A stretch of 64,000 bases of DNA from an uncultured Rhodospirillaceae bacterium (lineage in GTDB: Bacteria > Pseudomonadota > Alphaproteobacteria > UBA2966): contig CAYFKJ010000001.1 in NCBI GenBank assembly GCA_964343605.1, positions 959,535 to 1,023,534 on the forward strand, given 5' to 3'. The notes beneath the pieces are model-generated. The model saw only the letters and a program-made list of their open reading frames with translations. It was not told where the DNA came from and did not search any database. Below, piece after piece: positions 9,785 through 19,088 of this stretch; position 1 is the stretch's first letter; the number at the start of each line of letters is the position of its first letter. A program made the position numbers and the translations under genes.

Positions 9785-10965
9785 TGACGGAGGACATGCT
9801 GAACCGGGCGGGGGAGGGCTTTTCCGCCGAGGACGAGCGCCTCATGCTCGACAACATCGGCCGCTGGCTCGATCGCGAGGTCAAGGACAAGGTCATGGCG
9901 CTGGAAGCGGCGGATGAATATCCCCATGAGATGGTGGCCCAGATGAAGGAACTCGGTCTGTTTGGCGCCACCATTTCCCGGGAATACGGCGGGCTGGCGT
10001 TGCCGGCGTCGAGTTACGCCAAGATCGTGACCAAAATCTCTGAGGTCTGGATGTCGCTCACCGGCATCTTCAACTCCCACCTCATCATGTCGGCGGCCGT
10101 CGAGCGGTTCGGCACGGAGGAGCAGAAACGGGAATTCTTGCCCAAGTTCGCCACGGGCGAGATCCGGGGCGGCCTGGCCCTGACCGAACCCAACTGCGGC
10201 ACGGACCTGCAGGCCATCCGCACGGGCGCGGTGCGCCAGGGCGACAACTACACCATCAACGGCACCAAGACATGGATCTCCAACGGCATCGAAGGCACCT
10301 GCTTCGCCCTGTTGGTCAAGACCAATCCGGACGCCGAACCCCGCCACAAGGGCATGAGCCTGTTCCTGGCGGAAAAGGGTGAGGGGTTTACGGTCAGCCG
10401 TAAGCTGAAGAAGATCGGCTACAAGGGGATCGATTCGGCGGAGCTCGTCTTTGACAACTTCCTGGTTTCCAAGGACCGCCTGATCGGCGGCGAGGAAGGA
10501 CACGGCTTCCAGCACACCGTCGGCGGCCTTGAACTCGGCCGCATCAACGTGGCCGCCCGGGGTGTTGGTCTCGCCAACGCCGCCCTGGCGGAGGCCACGG
10601 CCTACAGCCAGGTGCGAGAAACCATGGGCAAGCCGATCTGTCAGCACCAGGCCATCCAGCTCAAGCTCGGCGACATGGCGACGCGTTGCGAGGCCGCCAA
10701 GCTGCTCACCGAATCCGCCGCGAACGCTTACGACAAGGGAGAACGCTGCGACATGGAAGCCGGCATGGCCAAGCTGTTCGCTTCCGAGGCGGCCATGAAG
10801 AATTCCGAGGAATGCATGCGCATATTCGGTGGTTACGGCTATTCCACCGAGTATCCCGTGGAGCGCCTCTATCGCGACGCGCCCCTGATGTGCATCGGCG
10901 AGGGCACCAACGAGATGCAGCGCATCATCATCGCCCGCCAGTTGATCGCCAGGAACCCGGTATGA
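9781..10965 (+). CDS. Acyl-CoA dehydrogenase
   Basis: 394 aa. ACAD three-domain architecture with conserved C-terminal catalytic region (YRDAPLMCIGEGTNEMQRIIIARQL). Confidence 0.9.
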   Translation: MMTEDMLNRAGEGFSAEDERLMLDNIGRWLDREVKDKVMALEAADEYPHEMVAQMKELGLFGATISREYGGLALPASSYAKIVTKISEVWMSLTGIFNSHLIMSAAVERFGTEEQKREFLPKFATGEIRGGLALTEPNCGTDLQAIRTGAVRQGDNYTINGTKTWISNGIEGTCFALLVKTNPDAEPRHKGMSLFLAEKGEGFTVSRKLKKIGYKGIDSAELVFDNFLVSKDRLIGGEEGHGFQHTVGGLELGRINVAARGVGLANAALAEATAYSQVRETMGKPICQHQAIQLKLGDMATRCEAAKLLTESAANAYDKGERCDMEAGMAKLFASEAAMKNSEECMRIFGGYGYSTEYPVERLYRDAPLMCIGEGTNEMQRIIIARQLIARNPV

Positions 10966-12149
10966 CGGCGCCGCTGGCCGGGCTCAGGTTGATCGCCGTC
11001 GAGCGTTTCGGCGCCGGACCTTACGGCACGGGCCATTTCGCCGACCTGGGCGCCGACGTCATCAAGATCGAGCACAGGACCGGCGGCCTCGATACCGCGC
11101 GCTCGGTCGGGCCCTACTTCCTGGGCGAGGACGATTCGCAGTACTTCCAGTCCTTCAACCGCAACAAACGCTCGCTCTCGCTCGACCTCAAGCACGAGCG
11201 GGGCCGCGAGGTTCTGGGCCGCTTGGTGGCCGGAGCCGACGGGGTGCTCGACAACCTGCGCGGCGACCAGCCGGAGAAGTTGGGTATCACCTACGAAGCG
11301 CTCAAGGTTCACAACGACAAGATCGTCTGCGCCCACATCTCCGCCTACGGCCGCGATGGCGAACGCAAGGCCTGGCCCGGTTACGACTACCTGATGCAGG
11401 CGGAGGCCGGCTTTCTTTCGCTTACCGGCGAGCCCGACGGCCCACCGACGCGCCTGGGCCTCTCCATGGTCGATTTCATGAGCGGCATGACGGCGGCCTT
11501 CGCCCTGTTGGCCGGTATCGTGTCGGCGCGCGAAACCGGCGTTGGCCGGGACGTCGATGTCTCGCTCTACGACGTCGCCATGCACCAGTTGACCTACCCC
11601 GGCATCTGGTACCTCAACGAAGGTCTGGTGACGGGGCGCATTCCGCGCTCGGGACACCCTTATGCGGTCCCTTCGCAATTGTGCAAAACGGCGGACGGCT
11701 GGATCTTCGTCATGTGTCTGGCGCCCAAGTTCTGGGGCATCCTGTGCGAAAAGATGGAGCGGCCGGAACTCGCCAACGATGAACGCTTCGTCGATCAGGC
11801 AACCCGCCACAAGAATCGCGATGAACTGACGGAAATCCTGGACGATATCCTATCGGCGCGGACCACGGACGAGTGGATCGAGCGCTTTGCCGGCGCCCTG
11901 CCGTGCGGTCCGGTCTACGACCTCGCCCAGGCGTTGGACAATCCCTATTTCGTGGAACGGGGCGGCGTGCGCACCGTGAACCACCCCGACAATCCCGACC
12001 TCAAGATGATCGCCAATCCGATCCGCATGGGCGAACCGATCCCCGACCGTCCCGGTCCCAAGCTCGGTGGGGACAGCGACGCCATCCTGGCCGAATTGGG
12101 CTACGACGAAGACGAGGTCGAAGCCTTGAAGGCCAGCGGTGCGGTGTAG
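10962..12149 (+). CDS. Family III CoA-transferase (CaiB/BaiF/Frc family)
   Basis: Start re-set to ATG 10962 (ATGA overlap with upstream stop). N-terminus LAGLRLIAVERFGAGPYGTGHFADLGADVIKIE is the typical CoA-transferase III fold. Catalytic Asp region present. Confidence 0.85.
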   Translation: MTAPLAGLRLIAVERFGAGPYGTGHFADLGADVIKIEHRTGGLDTARSVGPYFLGEDDSQYFQSFNRNKRSLSLDLKHERGREVLGRLVAGADGVLDNLRGDQPEKLGITYEALKVHNDKIVCAHISAYGRDGERKAWPGYDYLMQAEAGFLSLTGEPDGPPTRLGLSMVDFMSGMTAAFALLAGIVSARETGVGRDVDVSLYDVAMHQLTYPGIWYLNEGLVTGRIPRSGHPYAVPSQLCKTADGWIFVMCLAPKFWGILCEKMERPELANDERFVDQATRHKNRDELTEILDDILSARTTDEWIERFAGALPCGPVYDLAQALDNPYFVERGGVRTVNHPDNPDLKMIANPIRMGEPIPDRPGPKLGGDSDAILAELGYDEDEVEALKASGAV

Positions 12150-12187
12150 ATTCGGAGCTGGGTTCTTGTGGCTCCACCCCCACCCAA

Positions 12188-12255
12188 CCCTCCCCCGTCA
12201 AGGGGGAGGGCTAAAAGGTGGCCAAGTGAGTACCTTCCCCCCTGGCGGGGGAAGG
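12188..12255. repeat. Pair of GC-rich perfect hairpins (REP-like) in the 200-bp spacer between the two CoA-transferase genes
   Basis: ccctccccc-gtcaa-gggggaggg at 12188-12210 and ccttccccc-ctggc-gggggaagg at 12233-12255. Plus ggagc...gctcc at 12153-12174. No T-tract follows. Confidence 0.4.
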
Positions 12256-12350
12256 ACAGGATGGGGGGGACAGGTTTTGTTGTCGCTCCGCTGTTGAACC
12301 AAATTGCCAGGATCACGGAGCATGGAAATCAAGGCGGCTATTAAAGCGGA

Positions 12351-13520
12351 GTGGCAAAAATGAAGCTCGAAGGTATCCGCGTTCTCGATCTTTCGCTGTT
12401 CCTGCCGGGGCCGATGCTGACGCAGATGATGGCGGATCACGGCGCCGAGGTGATCAAGGTGGAGCCTTGGGGCAGCGGCGAGCCCAATCGCGAAATCGAT
12501 CTCAAGCGCGACGGCGTCTCCGTCTTTTTCGCCAACACCCATCGCGGCAAAAAATCCATCGAGCTCAATCTCAAGTCCGAGCAAGGCAAGGAAATCCTCT
12601 ATCGCTTGGCGGAAACCTGCGACGTTTTCGTCGAAGCCTTCCGGCCCGGTGTCGTCGATCGCCTGGGTGTCGGCTACGAAAAGATCAGCGAACGCGCCCC
12701 AGACATTGTTTACATCTCCCTGTCCGCCTTCGGCCAGACAGGCCCCTACGCCGGAAAACCCGCCCATGACTTGGCGACCGAAGCCCTGGCCGGCATCCTC
12801 AGCGTCAACCTCGGTCCGGACGGCGGCCCCGCCATCCCGGGCATCGCCAACGCCGATATTCTCAGCTCGATGATGGGTCTGTCGGCGGTGCTGATGGCGC
12901 TTCTCAGGCGCAAGGACACGGGACGCGGCGACTACATCGACATGGCCATGATGGATTCGCTCGTGGCCGCCATACCCAACAACATGGGCCCGGTCTTTGC
13001 CGACAAACGGCCGCCCGTGGTCAAGCACCAGCGCCCCTGGGGCGGCAACGCCATGTACGGAATCTACGCCACCAAGGACGAGCGGTGGGTGGTGCTCGGC
13101 GCTGCCGAATTGCATTTCGCCAAGAACGTGCTTGAGGCGTTGGGCCGGCCCGACCTGATCGATTTGTGCAAGCCGCCGCCGGGACCCAATCAGGATCCGG
13201 TCAGGGAATTTCTGACGGAGACGTTCAAGACAAAAAGCCGCGACGAATGGGTCGAATTTTTCGACGGTATCGAATGCGCTTTCGCACCGGTGCAGGACAT
13301 GCGCGAGGCGGCGGACGATCCGCACGTCCGCTTCCGCCAGATGGTGGTCGAGGACGAGCGCGGCTGGGAACACCTGGGCATGCCGATCAAATTCCGGGAC
13401 GAGCCAGGGGCCTTGAAATTCGACCTGCCGGAACGCGGCGCGCACAGCGAAGAGATCGTCCGCGAGCTCGGCTACGGCGATGACGAGATTGCCAGCCTGA
13501 AACGGGACGACGTAATCTAG
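12351..13520 (+). CDS. Family III CoA-transferase (second paralog)
   Basis: 389 aa. N-terminus MKLEGIRVLDLSLFLPGPMLTQMMADHGAEVIKVEPW. CaiB/BaiF family. Confidence 0.85.
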   Translation: MAKMKLEGIRVLDLSLFLPGPMLTQMMADHGAEVIKVEPWGSGEPNREIDLKRDGVSVFFANTHRGKKSIELNLKSEQGKEILYRLAETCDVFVEAFRPGVVDRLGVGYEKISERAPDIVYISLSAFGQTGPYAGKPAHDLATEALAGILSVNLGPDGGPAIPGIANADILSSMMGLSAVLMALLRRKDTGRGDYIDMAMMDSLVAAIPNNMGPVFADKRPPVVKHQRPWGGNAMYGIYATKDERWVVLGAAELHFAKNVLEALGRPDLIDLCKPPPGPNQDPVREFLTETFKTKSRDEWVEFFDGIECAFAPVQDMREAADDPHVRFRQMVVEDERGWEHLGMPIKFRDEPGALKFDLPERGAHSEEIVRELGYGDDEIASLKRDDVI

Positions 13521-13549
13521 GACAGTCCCATAATCGAGGAGAGTTTACT

Positions 13550-14698
13550 GTGGAAGAAACAGCCGCCATTCGCGATTCCGTGCGCGCCCTGTGTTCCGAA
13601 TATCCGGGCGAATACTGGCGGCAGAAGGACCGGGAGCGGGCCTACCCGACGGAGTTCGTCGAGGCCCTGACCAAGGGCGGCTTTCTGGCGGTGCTTATCC
13701 CGGAGGAGTACGGCGGCAGCGGTTTGGGCATCGGCGCGGCGGCGGCGATCCTCGAGGAAATCCAGCACAGCGGCGCCAACGGCGCGGCCTGCCATGCTCA
13801 GATGTACATCATGGGCACCATCCTGCGGCACGGCAGCGCGGCGCAGAAATCGCAATGGCTGCCCAAGATTGCCAGCGGCGAAGCCCGGCTGCAGGCTTTC
13901 GGGGTCACCGAACCGACCAGCGGCACCGATACGCTCAGCCTGAAGACGACGGCGGTGAAAAAAGGCGACAAGTTCGTCATCAACGGCCAGAAGGTCTTCA
14001 CGTCGCGGGCCGAGCACTCCGACCTGATGCTGTTGCTGGCCCGCACCACGCCCAAGGACGAGGTGGCGAAACGCACCCTCGGCCTTTCCGTCTTCCTGAT
14101 CGACATGCGCGAGGCCCTGGGCAACGGCCTGACGATCCGCCCCATCAGGGCGATGATCAATCACGCCACCACGGAGATCTTCTTCGACGACCTGGAAATT
14201 CCGGCCGACAGCCTGATCGGCGAACTGGACCAGGGGTTCCGCTACATCCTCGACGGCATGAATGCCGAGCGGACGCTGGTCGCCGCCGAGTGCATCGGCG
14301 ATGCCCGCTGGTTCATCGACAAGGCGACGGACTACGCCAAGGAGCGCGTCGTGTTCGACCGGCCCATCGGCCAGAACCAGGGCATCCAGTTTCCCATCGC
14401 CAAAGCCTATGCCTCCACGGAAGCCGCCGACCTCATGGTGCAGAAGGCCATCCGCCTGTTCGATGCCGGTGAACCCGCCGGCGAAGCGGCCAACTTGGCG
14501 AAACTGCTGGCCTCGGAAGCTTCCTGGGAAGCCGCCAACGCCTGCCTGCAGACCCACGGCGGTTTCGGTTTCGCCGAGGAATTCGACGTCGAACGTAAAT
14601 TCCGCGAAACCCGGCTCTACCAGATCGCGCCAATTTCGACCAACTTGATCCTGTCCTACGTAGCCGAGCATGTTCTCGGCCTGCCGCGCTCGTTCTGA
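13550..14698 (+). CDS. Acyl-CoA dehydrogenase (second paralog)
   Basis: 382 aa. ACAD family (EEYGGSGLG; C-terminal ...RLYQIAPISTNLILSYVA). Confidence 0.9.
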   Translation: MEETAAIRDSVRALCSEYPGEYWRQKDRERAYPTEFVEALTKGGFLAVLIPEEYGGSGLGIGAAAAILEEIQHSGANGAACHAQMYIMGTILRHGSAAQKSQWLPKIASGEARLQAFGVTEPTSGTDTLSLKTTAVKKGDKFVINGQKVFTSRAEHSDLMLLLARTTPKDEVAKRTLGLSVFLIDMREALGNGLTIRPIRAMINHATTEIFFDDLEIPADSLIGELDQGFRYILDGMNAERTLVAAECIGDARWFIDKATDYAKERVVFDRPIGQNQGIQFPIAKAYASTEAADLMVQKAIRLFDAGEPAGEAANLAKLLASEASWEAANACLQTHGGFGFAEEFDVERKFRETRLYQIAPISTNLILSYVAEHVLGLPRSF

Positions 14699-14718
14699 AG
14701 GACCTTTGAAATGGGGGG

Positions 14719-15612
14719 ATGACGGTGGACATCAAAACGGACGACGGCGTCAGCCTCCATGTCGAGGAGACGGGCGGCGGCGCGCCCATCATTTTCGTCC
14801 ATGAGTTCGCTGGGGATCATCGAAGCTGGGAACCCCAGGTGCGCCACTTCGCCCGCACCAACCGCTGCATCACCTTCAACGCCCGCGGCTATCCCCCCTC
14901 CGACGTGCCGGACGACCCCGAAATGTACGCCCAGGATCGGGCGCGCGACGATATCCGCGCGGTTCTGGATGCATTGGAAATCGGCACCGCCCACGTCATC
15001 GGCCTCTCCATGGGCGGCTTCGCAACGCTCCATTTCGGCATGGCATATCCAGAACGCACAAAGTCGATGGTAGTCGCCGGTTGCGGTTACGGCGCGGGAG
15101 AGGAAAGCCGGGAGCAGTTCCAGCGCGAAGCCCTGCAGGCCGCCGACCGCATGGAAAGCGAAACAATGGACGTCTTCGGCGCCGCCTACGCCCTGGGTCC
15201 GACGCGCGTGCAGTTCCAGAACAAGGATCCGCGCGGTTGGCGGGAGTTCGAGAAACAACTCAGGGAACATTCCAGCCGCGGTTCGGCCAACACCATGCGC
15301 GGCGTTCAACGTCGCCGGCCGTCGCTTTATGATCTGGAAGAGCGCATCCGGGCCATCGAAGTCCCGATGCTGATCCTGAACGGCGACGAGGACGATCCAT
15401 GTCTGGATGTCGGACTGTACCTGAAGCGCTGTATCCGCTCTTCCGCCCTCGTTCTGTTGCCGCGCACCGGTCATGCCAGCAACCTGGAGGAACCGGCGCT
15501 GTTCAACCAATTTTGCGAGGACTTCATCCGGCGAGTGGAGGCCGGACGCTGGGAGATGAGGGACGCGCGTTCCATCACCCAGGGTATCCTTTCGACGACG
15601 GACCAACCCTAG
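14719..15612 (+). CDS. Alpha/beta-fold hydrolase
   Basis: 297 aa. Nucleophile elbow GLSMGG. HG-type oxyanion region (IIFVHEFAGDHRSW). Confidence 0.8.
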   Translation: MTVDIKTDDGVSLHVEETGGGAPIIFVHEFAGDHRSWEPQVRHFARTNRCITFNARGYPPSDVPDDPEMYAQDRARDDIRAVLDALEIGTAHVIGLSMGGFATLHFGMAYPERTKSMVVAGCGYGAGEESREQFQREALQAADRMESETMDVFGAAYALGPTRVQFQNKDPRGWREFEKQLREHSSRGSANTMRGVQRRRPSLYDLEERIRAIEVPMLILNGDEDDPCLDVGLYLKRCIRSSALVLLPRTGHASNLEEPALFNQFCEDFIRRVEAGRWEMRDARSITQGILSTTDQP

Positions 15613-15630
15613 ATCCCCGAGGAGGCCGCC

Positions 15631-16278
15631 ATGGCAAATCACACCCATCCCATGACTATCGTGAGAATGGCGCTGTCGGTGTTTTGCCTGCTGGCGGCTG
15701 CCATGATGACGACCGGCGCCGCGGCCGATGCCGGCCACGACGCCTACAAGCGCGGCGATTTCGCGGCGGCGCGAACGGCCTGGCAGGCAGCCGCTCTCGA
15801 CGATCCCCGGGCCGCCTTCAATCTGGCGATCCTTTGGGAAACCGGCCAGGGCGGACCTGCGAACTACAAGGAAGCCTTCAAGTGGTACGAGCGGGCGCTG
15901 AACAAGGGCATCATGCAGGCCCGGCTTGAACTTGCTCGCATCGTCGTCGAAACCGGGGATATCAGCCTGTTCGCCACGGCCTCCATGTACATCGGCCAGT
16001 CGTTGAAGACGAAGGTACCACAGGCGATCTACACCGCCGGCAGGCTGTATGAGGTCCAGGGAGTGGAATCCAAGAGACGCGAGATCCCGCGTTGGTACAA
16101 TCCGCTGATTTTCGCCTGGGGTTACTACAAGGCAGCCGCCCTTTACGGCGGGCACCCCCACGCCGAAGGGGCGGCCAGGCGGGTCAAGGAAATGCTGGGT
16201 TCCAAGTACGACGACCGGCTGAAGAACATCGTCCGCATCGTCCGCGAAAATATCGAGGGACGTCGGCTGGAGCAGTAA
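15631..16278 (+). CDS. Secreted Sel1-like (TPR-type) repeat protein
   Basis: Signal peptide (MALSVFCLLAAAMMTTGAAA). Sel1 repeat signatures (AAFNLAILWETGQGGPANYKEAFKWYERALNKG). Confidence 0.7.
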   Translation: MANHTHPMTIVRMALSVFCLLAAAMMTTGAAADAGHDAYKRGDFAAARTAWQAAALDDPRAAFNLAILWETGQGGPANYKEAFKWYERALNKGIMQARLELARIVVETGDISLFATASMYIGQSLKTKVPQAIYTAGRLYEVQGVESKRREIPRWYNPLIFAWGYYKAAALYGGHPHAEGAARRVKEMLGSKYDDRLKNIVRIVRENIEGRRLEQ

Positions 16279-17352
16279 TCAATCGCTGCCGCCCTCGACC
16301 GTACAGCGCTGCGCCCGCCAGCGCAGCATCCCCCCGGCAAGGTTGGCGACGTCTTCAAAACCGGCCCGCTTGAGAATGACCGTGGCCTGGGCCGAACGTC
16401 CGCCGGCGCGGCAGACCGTCACGACGGGCGTGTCTTTGCTGATCTCGGATGTGCGGTCGGCGATTTCGCCCAATGGCAGTAACGTGGCGCCGGGGATGCG
16501 CCCCAGCGGACCCTCGAATTCGTCCGGTTCGCGGACGTCGATGATTTGAATGTTGCCCCGGTGATCCTCCAACCAGTGGGGCTGGATTTCCCAGATGCCG
16601 GCGAAGGTATAGGTGAGCGGCGCCCAGTCCGGCTCGGTCAACGGCGCCAGATCGGCTTCGGGCTTGCCGCAAACCAAGTTGGCCGGAACGGCGATATCGA
16701 TTTTCTTCGGATGGGCGAGACCAAGGTTGGCCATGTAGCCCGCGAAGTCGCTTTCGCTGAGATCGCCGCCGAGCCGCGGATTGAAGGCCTTTTCCTCCGC
16801 CACGCTGGTCACCATCAGGCCCCGGTAGTCGTGGCCCGGATAGAGCAGGCAATCGTCGGGCAGGCTGAAAATCTGCAGGTGAACGGAGCGATAGAGCTCA
16901 GCCGCGTCGCCCTGCTGGAAATCGGTGCGGCCGCAGCCCCGGATCAATAGGCTGTCGCCGGTGAAGGCTTTGCTTTCGTCATCCAACACGTAGGTCAGGC
17001 AGCCGCTGGTATGGCCCGGCGTCGCCCGCACTTCCAAAAATCGTTCGCCGAACGGCACTCGGTCGCCGTGGCCGAGATACCGGTCCGCACCGTCCGCGCC
17101 GCTGCTTTCCGCGACGGCGATTTCGCTGCCCAGACGCTGCTTCAGGGCCCATGCGCCGGTAACGTGATCGGCGTGAACGTGCGTCTCCAGCGTCCAGCGG
17201 ATGCTTAACTCAAGCTCCTCGACCAGGGCGGCGTCGCGCAGGACCTGTTCGTAAACGGGATCGATCAGAACCGCCTCCCGCGTCTCCCGGTCGGCGATGA
17301 GATAGGTGTAGGTCGCCGATTCGGGATCGAACAGCTGACGGAAAATGATCAT
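16279..17352 (-). CDS. Persulfide dioxygenase (ETHE1/Blh-like MBL fold) fused to C-terminal rhodanese domain
   Basis: Metallo-beta-lactamase motif THVHADHVTG plus ETHE1-like downstream His/Asp ligands. C-terminal rhodanese with active-site loop VCRAGGRS. Confidence 0.85.
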   Translation of the reverse strand: MIIFRQLFDPESATYTYLIADRETREAVLIDPVYEQVLRDAALVEELELSIRWTLETHVHADHVTGAWALKQRLGSEIAVAESSGADGADRYLGHGDRVPFGERFLEVRATPGHTSGCLTYVLDDESKAFTGDSLLIRGCGRTDFQQGDAAELYRSVHLQIFSLPDDCLLYPGHDYRGLMVTSVAEEKAFNPRLGGDLSESDFAGYMANLGLAHPKKIDIAVPANLVCGKPEADLAPLTEPDWAPLTYTFAGIWEIQPHWLEDHRGNIQIIDVREPDEFEGPLGRIPGATLLPLGEIADRTSEISKDTPVVTVCRAGGRSAQATVILKRAGFEDVANLAGGMLRWRAQRCTVEGGSD

Positions 17353-17431
17353 TCTTTGGCCCCCATCGAAATCCGTAGGGCCAATTTACTCGGGCGCGGG
17401 CCGCCTGTCAGCCGATGGGTTGGCGCCGCGA

Positions 17432-17887
17432 CTACAACAATCCGCGAGCGAAGTGTTCTCCGACGACGAAATCCCAGCCACTGTCATAATTCTTGCGCAT
17501 GGCGTCGCCCTCTTCGCCCAGGGCTTCCCAGTTGCGGTGTTCGAGCCGGACTTCCGTGCGGCCGTCGTCCAGGGAGGCGAAGCCGACCTCGACTTCGGTC
17601 GCCTGCGACTCGGGCCGTCCGACATGCCAGAAAAAGACCACTCGGCTGCCCGGCTGAAACGCCGCGACCGTCCCCCAGAGGTGCTCCGCGCCCTGGGGAT
17701 CGATTTCGTAGATGCGGCCACCGACGCGCGGTTCAAATCGGATATCCGCCGGTTCGGTACCTTGGACCTGTGCCGATAGGGAGTGTGTCCCGCCCGGCCA
17801 CCAGGCGGCGATACGGTTGACGAAAACGTCGAAGGCGACCTCGGGCGCGCAGTCGACGACATAGCGCTTGCGGATGGGCTCGATCAT
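17432..17887 (-). CDS. SRPBCC-family protein (Aha1/activator-of-Hsp90 ATPase-like domain)
   Basis: 151 aa from MIEPIRKRYVVDC.... Typical partner of the ArsR regulator. Translationally coupled (ATGA) to upstream arsR. Confidence 0.65.
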   Translation of the reverse strand: MIEPIRKRYVVDCAPEVAFDVFVNRIAAWWPGGTHSLSAQVQGTEPADIRFEPRVGGRIYEIDPQGAEHLWGTVAAFQPGSRVVFFWHVGRPESQATEVEVGFASLDDGRTEVRLEHRNWEALGEEGDAMRKNYDSGWDFVVGEHFARGLL

Positions 17888-18210
17888 TCCGGCGCTCCCC
17901 GCTTTTCCTCGCCCGCCTTGTTCGCCGCCTCCACGAAGGAAGTCATGGCGGCCTCCCACATGCCGTCCAGATATTGGCGGAGATCGGCCAGCCCGGTGGG
18001 CTCCAGCCGGTAGATGCGGCGCGTGCCCCGGGGTTCAACCGATACCAGTTTTGCCGCCATCAGCGCTTTCAGATGCTGCGAGACGGCGGGGCGGCTGACC
18101 GGCCGCCCTTCGGCCAGTTGGGCGACGGATTTGGGGCCGCCGCGCAGCTCGTCAAAGATGCCCCGGCGCGTTGGATCGGCCAATGCCGTGATTGCTGTTT
18201 CGTAAGCCAT
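17884..18210 (-). CDS. ArsR/SmtB family transcriptional regulator (no sensing cysteines)
   Basis: 108 aa. wHTH motif LADPTRRGIFDEL...VAQLAEGRPVSRPAVSQHLKAL. Confidence 0.8.
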   Translation of the reverse strand: MAYETAITALADPTRRGIFDELRGGPKSVAQLAEGRPVSRPAVSQHLKALMAAKLVSVEPRGTRRIYRLEPTGLADLRQYLDGMWEAAMTSFVEAANKAGEEKRGAPE

Positions 18211-18259
18211 TACTTACCGTAAGTAACAACTTACGCTTCGTCAAGTCCTCTCCTGCGCC

Positions 18260-19075
18260 TCAGTGACCCTTGTATTCCGGCTGCCGTTTTTCGACGAAGG
18301 CGGATACGGCTTCGACGTGGTCGTCGGTACTGTGGCAAACGCCCTGCCAGACAGCGCAAAGGTCGAGAAAATCGGCCAGTTCCATGCGTTGCGCCTTTTT
18401 CATCAACCGCTTGGCGTAGCGCAAGGCCTGCGGCGGTTTCGCCGCGATGGTTTGGGCCATCGCCAGCGCCCGGTCCATCAGCTCCCCGGGTTCGGTAACC
18501 TCCAGCAGCAAACCGATTTCCTTGGCTTCGGCGGCGTCGACCAGCTTGCCGGTGAAGGTCATTTCGGCGGCGCGTTGGTAGCCGATCAGACGCTGGAGGA
18601 ACCAGGCGCCGCCGTCGCCGGGAATGATGCCGAGGTTGACGAAGGTTTCGCCGAACAAAGCCGCGCTCGAGCCGATCCTGAGGTCGCACATGCAGGCAAG
18701 ATCGCAACCGGCGCCGATCGCCGGACCGTTGACGGCGGCGATAATCGGCACGTCGGCATTGTGCATGGCCAGCGGGATGCCCTGGATGCCGTCGCGGTAG
18801 TAGCCCTCGACCTCACCGACGGTGCCGGCGAAGCCGCCGGTGCGCTCCTGCATGTCCTTGATGTTGCCGCCCGCCGAAAACGCCTTGCCGTCGCCGGTCA
18901 GGATCAGAACGGAAACCGCCTTGTTGGCGTTGACCCAGCCGATGGTGTCAATGATGTCGTCGATCAGTGCAGTACCGGTGAGGGCATTGCGCACATCGTC
19001 GCGCTCAAGGGTCAGGACGGCGACGCCGCCCTCGAAAGTAAGCGACGATTCCTTGGTTTCGATAATCTCGGTCAT
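18260..19075 (-). CDS. Enoyl-CoA hydratase/isomerase (crotonase fold)
   Basis: 271 aa. Crotonase signature (AAVNGPAIGAGCDLACMCDLRIG). Confidence 0.85.
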   Translation of the reverse strand: MTEIIETKESSLTFEGGVAVLTLERDDVRNALTGTALIDDIIDTIGWVNANKAVSVLILTGDGKAFSAGGNIKDMQERTGGFAGTVGEVEGYYRDGIQGIPLAMHNADVPIIAAVNGPAIGAGCDLACMCDLRIGSSAALFGETFVNLGIIPGDGGAWFLQRLIGYQRAAEMTFTGKLVDAAEAKEIGLLLEVTEPGELMDRALAMAQTIAAKPPQALRYAKRLMKKAQRMELADFLDLCAVWQGVCHSTDDHVEAVSAFVEKRQPEYKGH

Positions 19076-19088
19076 AAGCTTTCCGTTT

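Noticed and set aside
9697-10647. 316-aa minus-strand ORF
   Set aside because: Antisense to the acyl-CoA dehydrogenase gene.
12198-16161. Long minus-strand ORFs (12198-13445, 13517-14671, 14656-16161)
   Set aside because: Each is antisense to well-supported plus-strand genes (CoA-transferase, ACAD, hydrolase/Sel1). Biased Arg/Gly/Ala composition.
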